Positions 55,721 to 64,000 of a DNA stretch of 64,000 nt are shown here, piece after piece. The position numbers and the translations under genes were made by a program. Positions within the stretch are counted from its first letter, which is position 1. Each line of letters starts with the position of its first letter. The notes beneath the pieces were generated by a model. The model saw nothing but the letters and a program-made list of their open reading frames with translations. It did not search any database and was not told the origin of the DNA. Origin of the DNA: a virus (taxonomy: Duplodnaviria; Heunggongvirae; Uroviricota; Caudoviricetes); the IMG/VR virus record IMGVR_UViG_3300044642_000188; one strand, given 5' to 3'.

Positions 55721-56731
55721 AACTTTATATATATGATAAACGGAAAAAGAAGAACAAAGCTTACACCAGAGTCCGTACTAAATAAGATAACTGATTATGA
55801 TATATTTAGGTTCTATATGCCTGATAAGACATGGAAACTCAATAGAGTGACCTTCTCTCCATTCAGGAATGAGAACAATCCTTCCTTTGTAATAGGGAAT
55901 AAAAGGGGTTTTATATCATTTATTGACTTTGCTGATACCAGTAAAAGAGGTGATTGTTTTGAGTTTGTTAAGCTCCTACACAATCTATCTAGTATGAATG
56001 ATGTGTTAAAGCTTATAGACAGAGATTTTGGACTAGGAATAACTACCAAGGGTACAGAGGAATACAAGAAAATAACAGCTGAATACAAACAACCTGAAGC
56101 TGTTAAGAGGTATTCTCTCATCCAGGTGGTTACAAAGAAGTTTACACAAGAGGAGTTAGCCTATTGGAATCAATATCATATAGATATAGAGGATCTAAAG
56201 AGTAACAACGTCTATTCTATCAAGAAGGTGTATTTGAACAAGAGTTTATTCTACACTAATGGTCAGGAAATGAGGTTTGGTTATTTCTATGATGGACATT
56301 GGAAGATTTACACACCGTTTGGAGATAAGAAAACTAAATGGTTGCCTAATAATGTTCCTATCACCGCTATGGATGGTAAAGAGGATATACAAAACTGTAA
56401 GGTGGCATTCATCAATAAGAGTAAGAAAGACTATATGGTTATGAAGAAGATCTTTCCATGTAGCTGTGCTGTACAGAATGAAGGTGTTGGATGTTTCTCT
56501 CCAGAGAACCTAGAATATCTTAAAGCTAATTCTGACAGACAAATCCTCAGCTTTGATAGCGATGTTACAGGTGTAACTAACTCACAACAGATTACCAAGC
56601 TATTTGATTTTGATTATGCTAATGTTCCCCGTAAGTATCTAGCAGAAGGTATAAAGGACTGGGCTGATCTAGCAAAAGCTCATGGTTTGGAATCAATAGA
56701 ATCTTATTTAAAACAAAAACACATTTTATGA
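55709..56731 (+). CDS. Primase-like protein (340 aa).
   Basis: The N-terminal FSPFRNENNPSFVI...GDCFEFVKLL resembles the DnaG zinc-binding-domain layout, but with the Cys ligands largely lost. The C-terminal LSFDSDVTG is Toprim DxD-like. Weak. Confidence 0.4.
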   Translation: MGGFNFIYMINGKRRTKLTPESVLNKITDYDIFRFYMPDKTWKLNRVTFSPFRNENNPSFVIGNKRGFISFIDFADTSKRGDCFEFVKLLHNLSSMNDVLKLIDRDFGLGITTKGTEEYKKITAEYKQPEAVKRYSLIQVVTKKFTQEELAYWNQYHIDIEDLKSNNVYSIKKVYLNKSLFYTNGQEMRFGYFYDGHWKIYTPFGDKKTKWLPNNVPITAMDGKEDIQNCKVAFINKSKKDYMVMKKIFPCSCAVQNEGVGCFSPENLEYLKANSDRQILSFDSDVTGVTNSQQITKLFDFDYANVPRKYLAEGIKDWADLAKAHGLESIESYLKQKHIL

Positions 56732-56878
56732 CACTGCATGAATTAAAAGAAGCTATTCAAAGCGAAATAGAATTTCTTGAGACAACAGAAGGAGATGAGG
56801 TGGAGTGTATTGGTATTGAGAACCTGGAAGGTATATTATCAAAATATTTTAACACAGAAATTAAACTAACAGAAGAGT

Positions 56879-57649
56879 ATGACTACTGAGAACTACAACA
56901 CAACGAAAGAATTGATTCTTGCAGCAGATATTCCTGCACAGACAAGAACTTACAAACCAGTTAGCCACGGTCAATTGATTGATCTTACAATGGAAGGCAT
57001 TCAAAAGGCTGGATTTGTATTAGACAGAGAAACTTATTCAGCAGCTCAACAAGGACAGATTGCTAATGGTAGATTTACTATCAAGAACGTAATGGATAGT
57101 GAGATGCAATTAGAGATTGGCTGGCAGAATAGCTACAACAAGCAACTTACATTAAAGTTTGCCCTAGGTACACGCATTATGATTTGTCAGAATGGTTGTG
57201 TATCAGGTGATTATGGTGCATTTAAGAAGAAACACGTAGGTGAAATACAATCATTTACACCAAATGCTATTAGTGAATACATCAAAGCTGCAGGAGAAAG
57301 CTTTAGAACTATCCAGTTCCAGAGAGATCAAATGAAGCAGGTGGAAGTTACTAAGCGTGTTAAAGCTGAATTGATTGGTAGAATGATGATTGAAGAGCAG
57401 TTTATTACATCTACACAATTGAACATCATTACCAGAGAATTAAATAGCCCTACACATGATTATGGTGCTCCTGATAGCTTATGGGAGTTGTACAACTATA
57501 CAACATTTGCTATGAAGGAAACACATCCTGCAAACTGGATGAGTAGTCACATCAAAGCACATTCATTCTTTGTAGATGCTTCAGGACTTCACACACCAAA
57601 AGATGAGGTGCCTATGATTGTGGAATTAGAACAATTAGAATTATTTTAA
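56879..57649 (+). CDS. Hypothetical replication-module protein (256 aa).
   Basis: ORF. No motif recognised. Confidence 0.45.
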   Translation: MTTENYNTTKELILAADIPAQTRTYKPVSHGQLIDLTMEGIQKAGFVLDRETYSAAQQGQIANGRFTIKNVMDSEMQLEIGWQNSYNKQLTLKFALGTRIMICQNGCVSGDYGAFKKKHVGEIQSFTPNAISEYIKAAGESFRTIQFQRDQMKQVEVTKRVKAELIGRMMIEEQFITSTQLNIITRELNSPTHDYGAPDSLWELYNYTTFAMKETHPANWMSSHIKAHSFFVDASGLHTPKDEVPMIVELEQLELF

Positions 57650-57650
57650 T

Positions 57651-58367
57651 ATGAATTGGAACAAATTTGAATCACAATTTCACCCATCATGGCATAGACT
57701 TATACAGCCATTTATTGAAAGTGAAGCTTGTGATAACATCTATAAATTCCTAAAATCAGAGAGTCAGAGGGGCAAGAAAATTGCTCCTCTTTCTCCTAAT
57801 GTTTATAGATGCTTTTTAGAGACTTCACTAGATGACCTAAAAATGGTTATGGTGGGTATGTGTCCCTACCACACATTAAAGAATGGTAGTCCTATAGCAG
57901 AAGGTTTGTTAATGGGCTGTTCTACAACAGGCATATTACAACCTTCTCTAGCAAAGTTCTATGATGGAATAGAAAAAGAGTTGTATCAGGGATTAAACCT
58001 CACTATACTAAAGAATCCAGATGTTACCTATTTGGCTAAACAAGGAGTTCTTATGTATAATGCAGCTTTAACCACTGAAATCAACAAAGCAGGTTCACAT
58101 ATTGACATCTGGGAACCTTTTACTAAGTATTTATTTGAAGAGGTGCTATCCTATACAGGAGTGCCTATTCTATTCTTAGGAAAAGATGCTTCCAAGTATG
58201 AGAAATATGTACCACCGTTTAGTTGGTCATTCGCTATAAGTCATCCAGCCAGTGCTTCTTACAAGCAAACTGATTGGGATACAGAAGGTGTATTCACCAA
58301 GCTAAACAAGATACTAAAAGAAAACAATAATACAGAAATCGATTGGCTAGAAAAAGTGCCATTCTAA
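57651..58367 (+). CDS. Uracil-DNA glycosylase family-1 homologue (238 aa) with an altered catalytic motif, GMCPYH in place of GQDPYH.
   Basis: VMVGMCPYHT..AEGLLMGCS aligns to UNG VILGQDPYHG..AHGLCFSV. GVLMYNAALT aligns to GVLLLNAVLT (uracil-specificity Asn). AISHPASAS aligns to HPSPLS. Confidence 0.65.
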   Translation: MNWNKFESQFHPSWHRLIQPFIESEACDNIYKFLKSESQRGKKIAPLSPNVYRCFLETSLDDLKMVMVGMCPYHTLKNGSPIAEGLLMGCSTTGILQPSLAKFYDGIEKELYQGLNLTILKNPDVTYLAKQGVLMYNAALTTEINKAGSHIDIWEPFTKYLFEEVLSYTGVPILFLGKDASKYEKYVPPFSWSFAISHPASASYKQTDWDTEGVFTKLNKILKENNNTEIDWLEKVPF

Positions 58368-58380
58368 AAACACAAACACT

Positions 58381-58746
58381 ATGTACAAAGTTAGATTTGG
58401 AGAAACAATTGAAAAGGGAGACCTCATTGCTATTGCTAATGGTAATGATTTCTCATTGGGTATTTATTACGGTAGAGGATCAGGAGGAACTGTTCAGTAT
58501 TACATGCCTAATAGCGTTAAATATGCTATGGAACGTTTTAAAGAAAAAATGGCAAAATTAACTGCTGAAGGACAACCTACGGAACCTCTTAAGTTAAATA
58601 GATTTTGGAAATGTTATATACAAACACCAAGAGACACACGAATAATGAAATTAAACAGAGAAAACATTACAAGTCAAAAAGACATAGAAGAAATTATGGT
58701 AGCAAAAGAAGCACTAAAAAACTTTAACATTGACGTAAAATACTAA
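58381..58746 (+). CDS. Hypothetical (121 aa).
   Basis: ORF. Confidence 0.4.
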   Translation: MYKVRFGETIEKGDLIAIANGNDFSLGIYYGRGSGGTVQYYMPNSVKYAMERFKEKMAKLTAEGQPTEPLKLNRFWKCYIQTPRDTRIMKLNRENITSQKDIEEIMVAKEALKNFNIDVKY

Positions 58747-58748
58747 TC

Positions 58749-61067
58749 ATGATACTAGAAAAACAGACAGAAGCAACTATCCTACAAGAAGGAGAATCAC
58801 AAGAATCAATTGGAATGTCATTAGACCTGGACTCAGCTCAGGTGTTAATGCAAATGTTGAGTAAAAACTTATATTCAGATGCAATTGGTTCTACTATTAG
58901 AGAATGTGCATCTAATGCACTAGATAGTCACAGAAGAGCAGGTATTGATAAACCAATCATCGTTAGCCTTAATAGGAATAACCATGATAACTATGAATTC
59001 TCTGTAGAGGATTTTGGTATTGGTCTAGATGCAGATGATGTAGTTAATATCATCAGCAAATATGGTAAGAGTACAAAACGTGATAGCAACACAGAATTAG
59101 GCATGATGGGTCTTGGTTTCAAGGCCCCACTAGCATACACATCTACCTTCTATTTCACTGCAAGGAAAAATGGAATGGAAAGAAAATACATGATGTATGA
59201 GGGAGAAGAAGTGAATTCAATTGATTTACTTCATGAGACTCCTACAGATCAGCCAAACGGTGTTAAGATAACTATACCAGTTGACTATTACGACAGACAT
59301 GATTTTGTACGTAAAATTAGAGAACAGCTAGCTTATTTTGAGAACGTGTATTTCAATGTACTAGATAATGAGGTGAAGAATGATTTCACTATCCATAGAT
59401 CTGAGTACTATCAAGCTTCTAGCTTATCTAGAGATAGCTATTTACATGTTTGTTTAGATAACGTGTATTATCCATTGGATTTCAGCAAATTAGGTATTGA
59501 TAGAATACAGATTCCTGTAGGTTTGAGATTTAGTCTTACAGATGGTTTGTTCCCTACACCAAACAGAGAATCCATCAGATATACCAAGGAAGCAAAAGAT
59601 ATCATCCTAGCTAAGATTGGTAAGATGGTTGATCATTTTATTACTAAATACAATGAAACTGTTGCTGATTCTGATGATTTCATGGCTGTACTAAAGTTCC
59701 ATGCTACAAACAGAAGATATGTTACTGTTCCTGGTAAAGAGAACACTAACTTTGATCTAACTGATATAGTTAAACATGGTACTGTTCTAATCGCTTCTCC
59801 TAAGGTGAGCAGTCTAAAGAAGCTTGATTTACAAAAACTTGTCAGAAACAGAGAATACATTCTTGGTGAGTATGATAAGAAGTTTGAGCTTTACAATGGT
59901 AGAATGTCTCAAGTGAAGAGTTATTGGAGAACTGGTGTTGATATTATAAACAGGAATGATGAACCACACTATTTCTATTCTGAGAAGATTAGTGGTGCTA
60001 TGAAGGATTATATTAAGAGTATAGCCCCAAGAGGTAGACATGCATATTTCATTAGAAAAGTGAAGACATTTAAATTGGGTAGTCTTACAAGGATGAATGA
60101 TTATGACACTTACATGAAGCTTCTTGACTTACAGAATTATCCAAGAACTGAGTGGAGAGAACTTATTGCAGAGTTTCAAACTGTATTAGCTTCTCTTACA
60201 AAGACATTCATCAACCTTGATGAGATGGTAATACCACAAGCTTTCCTAGATTCTAGGAAAAAGCAAAAGGGAATCACTGTTACTGTTGGTGGAACAAAGG
60301 TAAGACGTATTAAGTTGGAAGGTGAAGTTATTGGTAGACAATTGGTGGATTTAGAAAGAAGCGTAGATGGTAAGAATTCTAAACTGGTTAGCAAGATTTA
60401 TGGCCTTGCTGAAATGCATAAGTATAACAAGCTTGTTATCTATGGTACCCAGGCAGATATTGCTACTATGGATAAACTATATTCAATTATTAATAAGAGT
60501 AATGTGGAACTAGCTGTATTCTCTGAGAGAGAGCTTAAAACACTATCTACTATTGATATACACAATCTAATCCCTTTAACTAAGTTTATGGAAGGTAAAA
60601 ACAAACCATTCAAGAGAATTGTAACAGCCTACCTAATTAATGAATTACATAATAAGTTTAGTAGATCATTCATTAGAAGAGAAAAAATAAGTCTCATCTC
60701 TACAGATTTGTATGAAAAGATGAAAAGACTAAATGACTACAAGAATGAACATCATTGCCATGGTAATAATACAGTGCATTTAGCTATGCTAGAAGTGGCT
60801 CAAACACACAACTTATTTGATATGGAGATATATCATGAGTATGTGGAAGTGAAGAACCTTCTAGAAAGATTACCATTCATTGAAGCTATGTCAGACAAAA
60901 TACAGAGTTATGATAATGATAACTCTCCGATAATCAGTGCATTCCGTGATCTATTTAAGTATCATGGACATAGAATTGACTGGAAACACTACAACATTCG
61001 TATTAACGAAGAGGTAGTGGAAGAGTTAACAGAAGCTTCTGTAGAGCAGTTGGTAGAGAATTTATAA
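58749..61067 (+). CDS. GHKL (Bergerat-fold) ATPase domain protein (772 aa).
   Basis: N-box IRECASNALDS (E..NA.D), G1 box VEDFGIGLD (DxGxG), G2 box GMMGLGFKA. The C-terminal roughly 550 aa were not recognised. Confidence 0.55.
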   Translation: MILEKQTEATILQEGESQESIGMSLDLDSAQVLMQMLSKNLYSDAIGSTIRECASNALDSHRRAGIDKPIIVSLNRNNHDNYEFSVEDFGIGLDADDVVNIISKYGKSTKRDSNTELGMMGLGFKAPLAYTSTFYFTARKNGMERKYMMYEGEEVNSIDLLHETPTDQPNGVKITIPVDYYDRHDFVRKIREQLAYFENVYFNVLDNEVKNDFTIHRSEYYQASSLSRDSYLHVCLDNVYYPLDFSKLGIDRIQIPVGLRFSLTDGLFPTPNRESIRYTKEAKDIILAKIGKMVDHFITKYNETVADSDDFMAVLKFHATNRRYVTVPGKENTNFDLTDIVKHGTVLIASPKVSSLKKLDLQKLVRNREYILGEYDKKFELYNGRMSQVKSYWRTGVDIINRNDEPHYFYSEKISGAMKDYIKSIAPRGRHAYFIRKVKTFKLGSLTRMNDYDTYMKLLDLQNYPRTEWRELIAEFQTVLASLTKTFINLDEMVIPQAFLDSRKKQKGITVTVGGTKVRRIKLEGEVIGRQLVDLERSVDGKNSKLVSKIYGLAEMHKYNKLVIYGTQADIATMDKLYSIINKSNVELAVFSERELKTLSTIDIHNLIPLTKFMEGKNKPFKRIVTAYLINELHNKFSRSFIRREKISLISTDLYEKMKRLNDYKNEHHCHGNNTVHLAMLEVAQTHNLFDMEIYHEYVEVKNLLERLPFIEAMSDKIQSYDNDNSPIISAFRDLFKYHGHRIDWKHYNIRINEEVVEELTEASVEQLVENL

Positions 61068-61074
61068 CAAAAAA

Positions 61075-61148
61075 GGAAATATATTGCTTATTTGCATGAA
61101 TTTTTCTAAAATTTCATGCACTTTCCCCCAAATGAGCAATATATTTCC
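61075..61148. promoter_or_regulatory. Nested inverted-repeat element upstream of the 61188 gene.
   Basis: Outer 14-bp inverted repeat GGAAATATATTGCT...AGCAATATATTTCC. Inside it lies the near-perfect 28-bp palindrome TGCATGAA-TTTTTCTAAAAT-TTCATGCA. Confidence 0.45.
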
Positions 61149-61187
61149 AATTTTAATACATTTATTTAAAACAAAAAACAAAACAAA

Positions 61188-62765
61188 ATGGGACTATTCA
61201 GTTTAAGCTGGTTCAAAAGCCAGAAACAAAAGCAGTTAGATGAATTACAACATGAGATTGAACTTAAAAGATTAGAGAAGACACTAGAAAGATTGGATCA
61301 ACAAGAGAAACCTTCTACTTACACAATAGGGGTTAGTAATCCATGGGTAGCACCCACTGCACCAAGTGTTGTTAAGCCTTATTCCAACATTAAGATTGTG
61401 AATGATGTGCTTACAGTGGTGCTTAACGATGGTTCTATCATCACTAAGTCTAAAGCTACAGCAGAAGATTTCAACAATGCCAGAGAATGTAAGACAGAAG
61501 CTTGTTTATTGAGCCTTGTAGGTTCTCCAGATATACTAAAGGAGAAGCAGGAAGCACAGGCTGCATATGAGAAAGCTAAGGCTATTCAGAAAGGTGTTGA
61601 GTATCTAGCTAAGTTTGATGATTTTCAGATGAAAGACGGATCTCTTTATATCAAGGGAATCAACAGAAGCATCCCACCTTTGATGGTAGATGAGTTCTTA
61701 CGCATCATTGGATTTCACAGTTACAACTCTATGGACAATGTAACAGATAGAGAAATCGATGAGGTGAATGAGCTTATACAGCAAGACGAAGAGTATCAAT
61801 CTCTTAAGCGTTTCTTTATGTGGTGTTGCTTAAATCCTAGAGCTGAAGTGGCTGACAAGCTATACAACTTCTTAAAGAAGAATAGCTTCCGTATCACCAA
61901 GCAGGGATTCTTTGTAGCATTACGTAACGTTGTAACATTACATGGATCTACAGAGCTAGTACAGTTTATCAGCAATGCTTACAACAAGACTAAAGCTGTA
62001 TGGAAGAAGAACCCAGCTGATTATTTTGTATTCTTACAAGATGATGGTCAATACAAAATGGTTCACAGAGATGCTTTGTATAGGTCAGAAATGGTTGAGT
62101 GTTCTTATTGTGATGGTTATAAGTTTGTTCCAGATGAAGACAATGAGGAAGAAAACATAGAATGTCCAGAATGTGATGGAGCTGGTGAATATGAAGAAAT
62201 GACATCTGTTAATCATGGTGAAAGAATTGGTAACTTAACAGACCTCTATCTTGATTTGCCTAATAGAGCAGAGAATAGATTTACAGATGCCCATACACAA
62301 ACATTTGACATCCGTATTGGTAGACCAGTGAGTATGCCTATGGAAAAGTGTAGATGGAATACTGATGACTGTGGTGCTGAAGGTTTACATTTCACATCTG
62401 ATGAGATTCATTATGTAGGTTGTGGTGACACATCTGTGCTTGTACTTATCAATCCAATGAAGGTTGTAGGTATTGGTGAGAGTAAGGGTAGATGCTATGA
62501 GTATTTACCAATTATGACTGTTCCTCGTGAAGAAGCAACAACCATCTTACATGATCTAGACTTTGATACAATGGAGCTTGATGAGAGCTATGCAGTTCGC
62601 GAATTGGAAAACTTAAGCACAAAAGCTAGAGAAGGTTTTATTGCAGAAGCTAAAAAGTATGAGTTCAATCTCCCTGCTTTATCTGCTGTAGAAGTACTTA
62701 AGATTGTTAAGAGTCTTGATGAAATAAAGCAAGAAATCTCTAAGAGAATTGTAAATATTGATTAA
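61188..62765 (+). CDS. Hypothetical protein (525 aa) with an internal CxxC...CxxC zinc ribbon.
   Basis: CSYCDGYKFVPDEDNEEENIECPECDG. Preceded by a nested inverted-repeat element and followed by a perfect hairpin terminator. Confidence 0.5.
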   Translation: MGLFSLSWFKSQKQKQLDELQHEIELKRLEKTLERLDQQEKPSTYTIGVSNPWVAPTAPSVVKPYSNIKIVNDVLTVVLNDGSIITKSKATAEDFNNARECKTEACLLSLVGSPDILKEKQEAQAAYEKAKAIQKGVEYLAKFDDFQMKDGSLYIKGINRSIPPLMVDEFLRIIGFHSYNSMDNVTDREIDEVNELIQQDEEYQSLKRFFMWCCLNPRAEVADKLYNFLKKNSFRITKQGFFVALRNVVTLHGSTELVQFISNAYNKTKAVWKKNPADYFVFLQDDGQYKMVHRDALYRSEMVECSYCDGYKFVPDEDNEEENIECPECDGAGEYEEMTSVNHGERIGNLTDLYLDLPNRAENRFTDAHTQTFDIRIGRPVSMPMEKCRWNTDDCGAEGLHFTSDEIHYVGCGDTSVLVLINPMKVVGIGESKGRCYEYLPIMTVPREEATTILHDLDFDTMELDESYAVRELENLSTKAREGFIAEAKKYEFNLPALSAVEVLKIVKSLDEIKQEISKRIVNID

Positions 62766-62773
62766 CTTTGTAG

Positions 62774-62804
62774 GACCAGGGGCTAAAATCCCTGGTCTTA
62801 TATT
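62774..62804 (+). terminator. Intrinsic terminator after the 525-aa gene.
   Basis: GACCAGGG-GCTAAAAT-CCCTGGTC perfect 8-bp stem followed by TTATATT. Confidence 0.55.
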
Positions 62805-62810
62805 AAGCTT

Positions 62811-63224
62811 ATGAAAAAGAACGCAACAAAGAGAAGAACAAAAATACCTAGAGCTAAATCTGTTAAAGTGAGAAACGCTGGTACTATGACAGAATCAGCT
62901 TTCTGGAGCTTCATTAGAAGTGCCTTAAGACAGAAATCTAGATGGTGGAAACCTATTACAGAATGCAAGATGAAAGCTCGTAGGGCATATAAAGGTCCCA
63001 GTAAGAGACAAAAGTTTGAATATCAATGCAATAGCTGTAAAGCATGGTTTCCAGAAAAACAAATTAACGTAGATCACATTAAGCCTGCAGGTAGTTTAAA
63101 CTGTAAAGAGGACTTAGCAGGATTTGTAGAGCGTCTGTTCTGTGAAGCAGATAATCTTCAATGTTTGTGTTCTGGTTGCCATGATGTAAAAACAAAATTA
63201 GAGAAAAATGATAAAAACAAGTAA
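62811..63224 (+). CDS. HNH endonuclease (137 aa).
   Basis: C-x2-C ... VDHIKP ... N ... CSGCH arrangement (HNH DH...N...H with Zn-ligand Cys pairs). Confidence 0.6.
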   Translation: MKKNATKRRTKIPRAKSVKVRNAGTMTESAFWSFIRSALRQKSRWWKPITECKMKARRAYKGPSKRQKFEYQCNSCKAWFPEKQINVDHIKPAGSLNCKEDLAGFVERLFCEADNLQCLCSGCHDVKTKLEKNDKNK

Positions 63225-63618
63225 GGATTATTATGATGCAGTGTTAAAGACTGGTATGTTCTTTGAATGGTATCCAAGTTTAACAGGTGATTGGGAAATA
63301 GATGAGGTAAAGTGGAAATTTATACAAGAGAATCAGTTTGTTCCTGACGAACCAGTTATTACAGTGGAGATTAATAGAGCTCCTTCTTTTACAGAAGTCT
63401 GGCATGAAGGTTTTGTAAGTATGGATGATAAGAAATATATGTTTTGGATTGTCAATCCTACAGGAAAAGATGAGAAAGGACTTGAGTATGATGTAGAAAT
63501 TAGATGGTGGTTCAAACAAGTACCTAGAGAAATTAGAGCCATGAGTGAGCAGATTATCGAAAACTTTAAAACAAAACAAAATGATACAAGGACCAAACAG
63601 GACAGAAGCAGCTTATAG
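63208..63618 (+). CDS. Hypothetical (136 aa).
   Basis: ORF. Confidence 0.4.
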   Translation: MIKTSKDYYDAVLKTGMFFEWYPSLTGDWEIDEVKWKFIQENQFVPDEPVITVEINRAPSFTEVWHEGFVSMDDKKYMFWIVNPTGKDEKGLEYDVEIRWWFKQVPREIRAMSEQIIENFKTKQNDTRTKQDRSSL

Positions 63619-63628
63619 GGCTGTAACA

Positions 63629-64000
63629 ATGGACAGTTCATCAAGCTTGAAGGACTTTTCCGTGGACAGAAAGAAATACTACAAGAAGTATGTCCTAAAT
63701 GAGAAGGTGGAGGAGAAAGACACAGCAGCATCAGTTATTGGTAGACTGGTAGAGACACAACTTATGGAACCAGAACTCTTTGATGAGAAGTTCTATATGT
63801 CAACTATCACTAGTGCACCAACCAATCTTATGCTAGAATTTGTAGAAGCATTGTATAGACATACAGCTGCAGCTACAAATGAAGATGGTGTAGTTACAAG
63901 AGAGATGGAAGACATCATGAAAGATGCATATGTAGATTCTGGATTCAAGATTAAGCTTGATGCTGTTCTTGCTAAATTCATAGGATCTGATGCAGAAATC
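63629..64000 (+). CDS. Hypothetical protein, 3'-partial (at least 124 aa, continues past the window end).
   Basis: ATG at 63629 with the frame open to position 64000. Confidence 0.4.
   Translation, partial: MDSSSSLKDFSVDRKKYYKKYVLNEKVEEKDTAASVIGRLVETQLMEPELFDEKFYMSTITSAPTNLMLEFVEALYRHTAAATNEDGVVTREMEDIMKDAYVDSGFKIKLDAVLAKFIGSDAEI

Noticed and set aside
1-64000. CRISPR array, integrase or lysogeny module, transposase, or diversity-generating retroelement.
   Set aside because: There are no spaced direct-repeat arrays. There are no tyrosine or serine recombinase motifs. No reverse-transcriptase motifs (YxDD) appear in any ORF. The repeat copies in the fibre genes are low-complexity linkers, not template and variable repeat pairs.

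Overview
The window reads as about two thirds of a lytic, tailed dsDNA phage genome with low GC. Gene content and layout resemble the crAss-like (Crassvirales-type) podophages of Bacteroidota. The window holds two gene blocks transcribed away from a non-coding control region at about 39.1-39.9 kb.

- **Minus strand, 1-39.7 kb (virion module).**
  - Head genes: large terminase subunit, a portal candidate, an SPFH/band-7 protein, an acidic scaffold-like protein and a major-capsid candidate.
  - Tail and fibre genes: tail-fibre-like proteins carrying poly-Thr/Ser linkers, plus a calcineurin-like phosphoesterase.
  - Giant ORFs: five consecutive ORFs of 901 to over 1036 aa that are probably ejected cargo proteins.
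- **Plus strand, 39.9-64 kb (early/replication module).** Beyond many small early ORFs, it carries the following recognisable genes.
  - Replication: a compact family-B DNA polymerase, a DnaB-type helicase, an SF2 helicase and a primase-like protein.
  - Recombination and repair: a P-loop ATPase, a UDG-family protein with altered catalytic motif and an HNH endonuclease.
  - A GHKL (Bergerat-fold) ATPase.

I found no tRNA, CRISPR array, integrase, reverse transcriptase or transposase. All function calls rest on motifs I could read in the translations. I ran no database searches.

The most interesting observations:
- Short peptide motifs are shared between the capsid protein and one giant cargo protein.
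- A repeated GGWLSKF-type motif occurs in the giant cargo proteins.
- A band-7/SPFH protein sits in the head operon.
- Families of tail fibres share N-terminal anchors and Thr-rich linkers that are also DNA-level repeats.
- A UDG homologue has its catalytic Asp replaced.
- Dense palindromic operator-like arrays lie at the boundary between the two modules.
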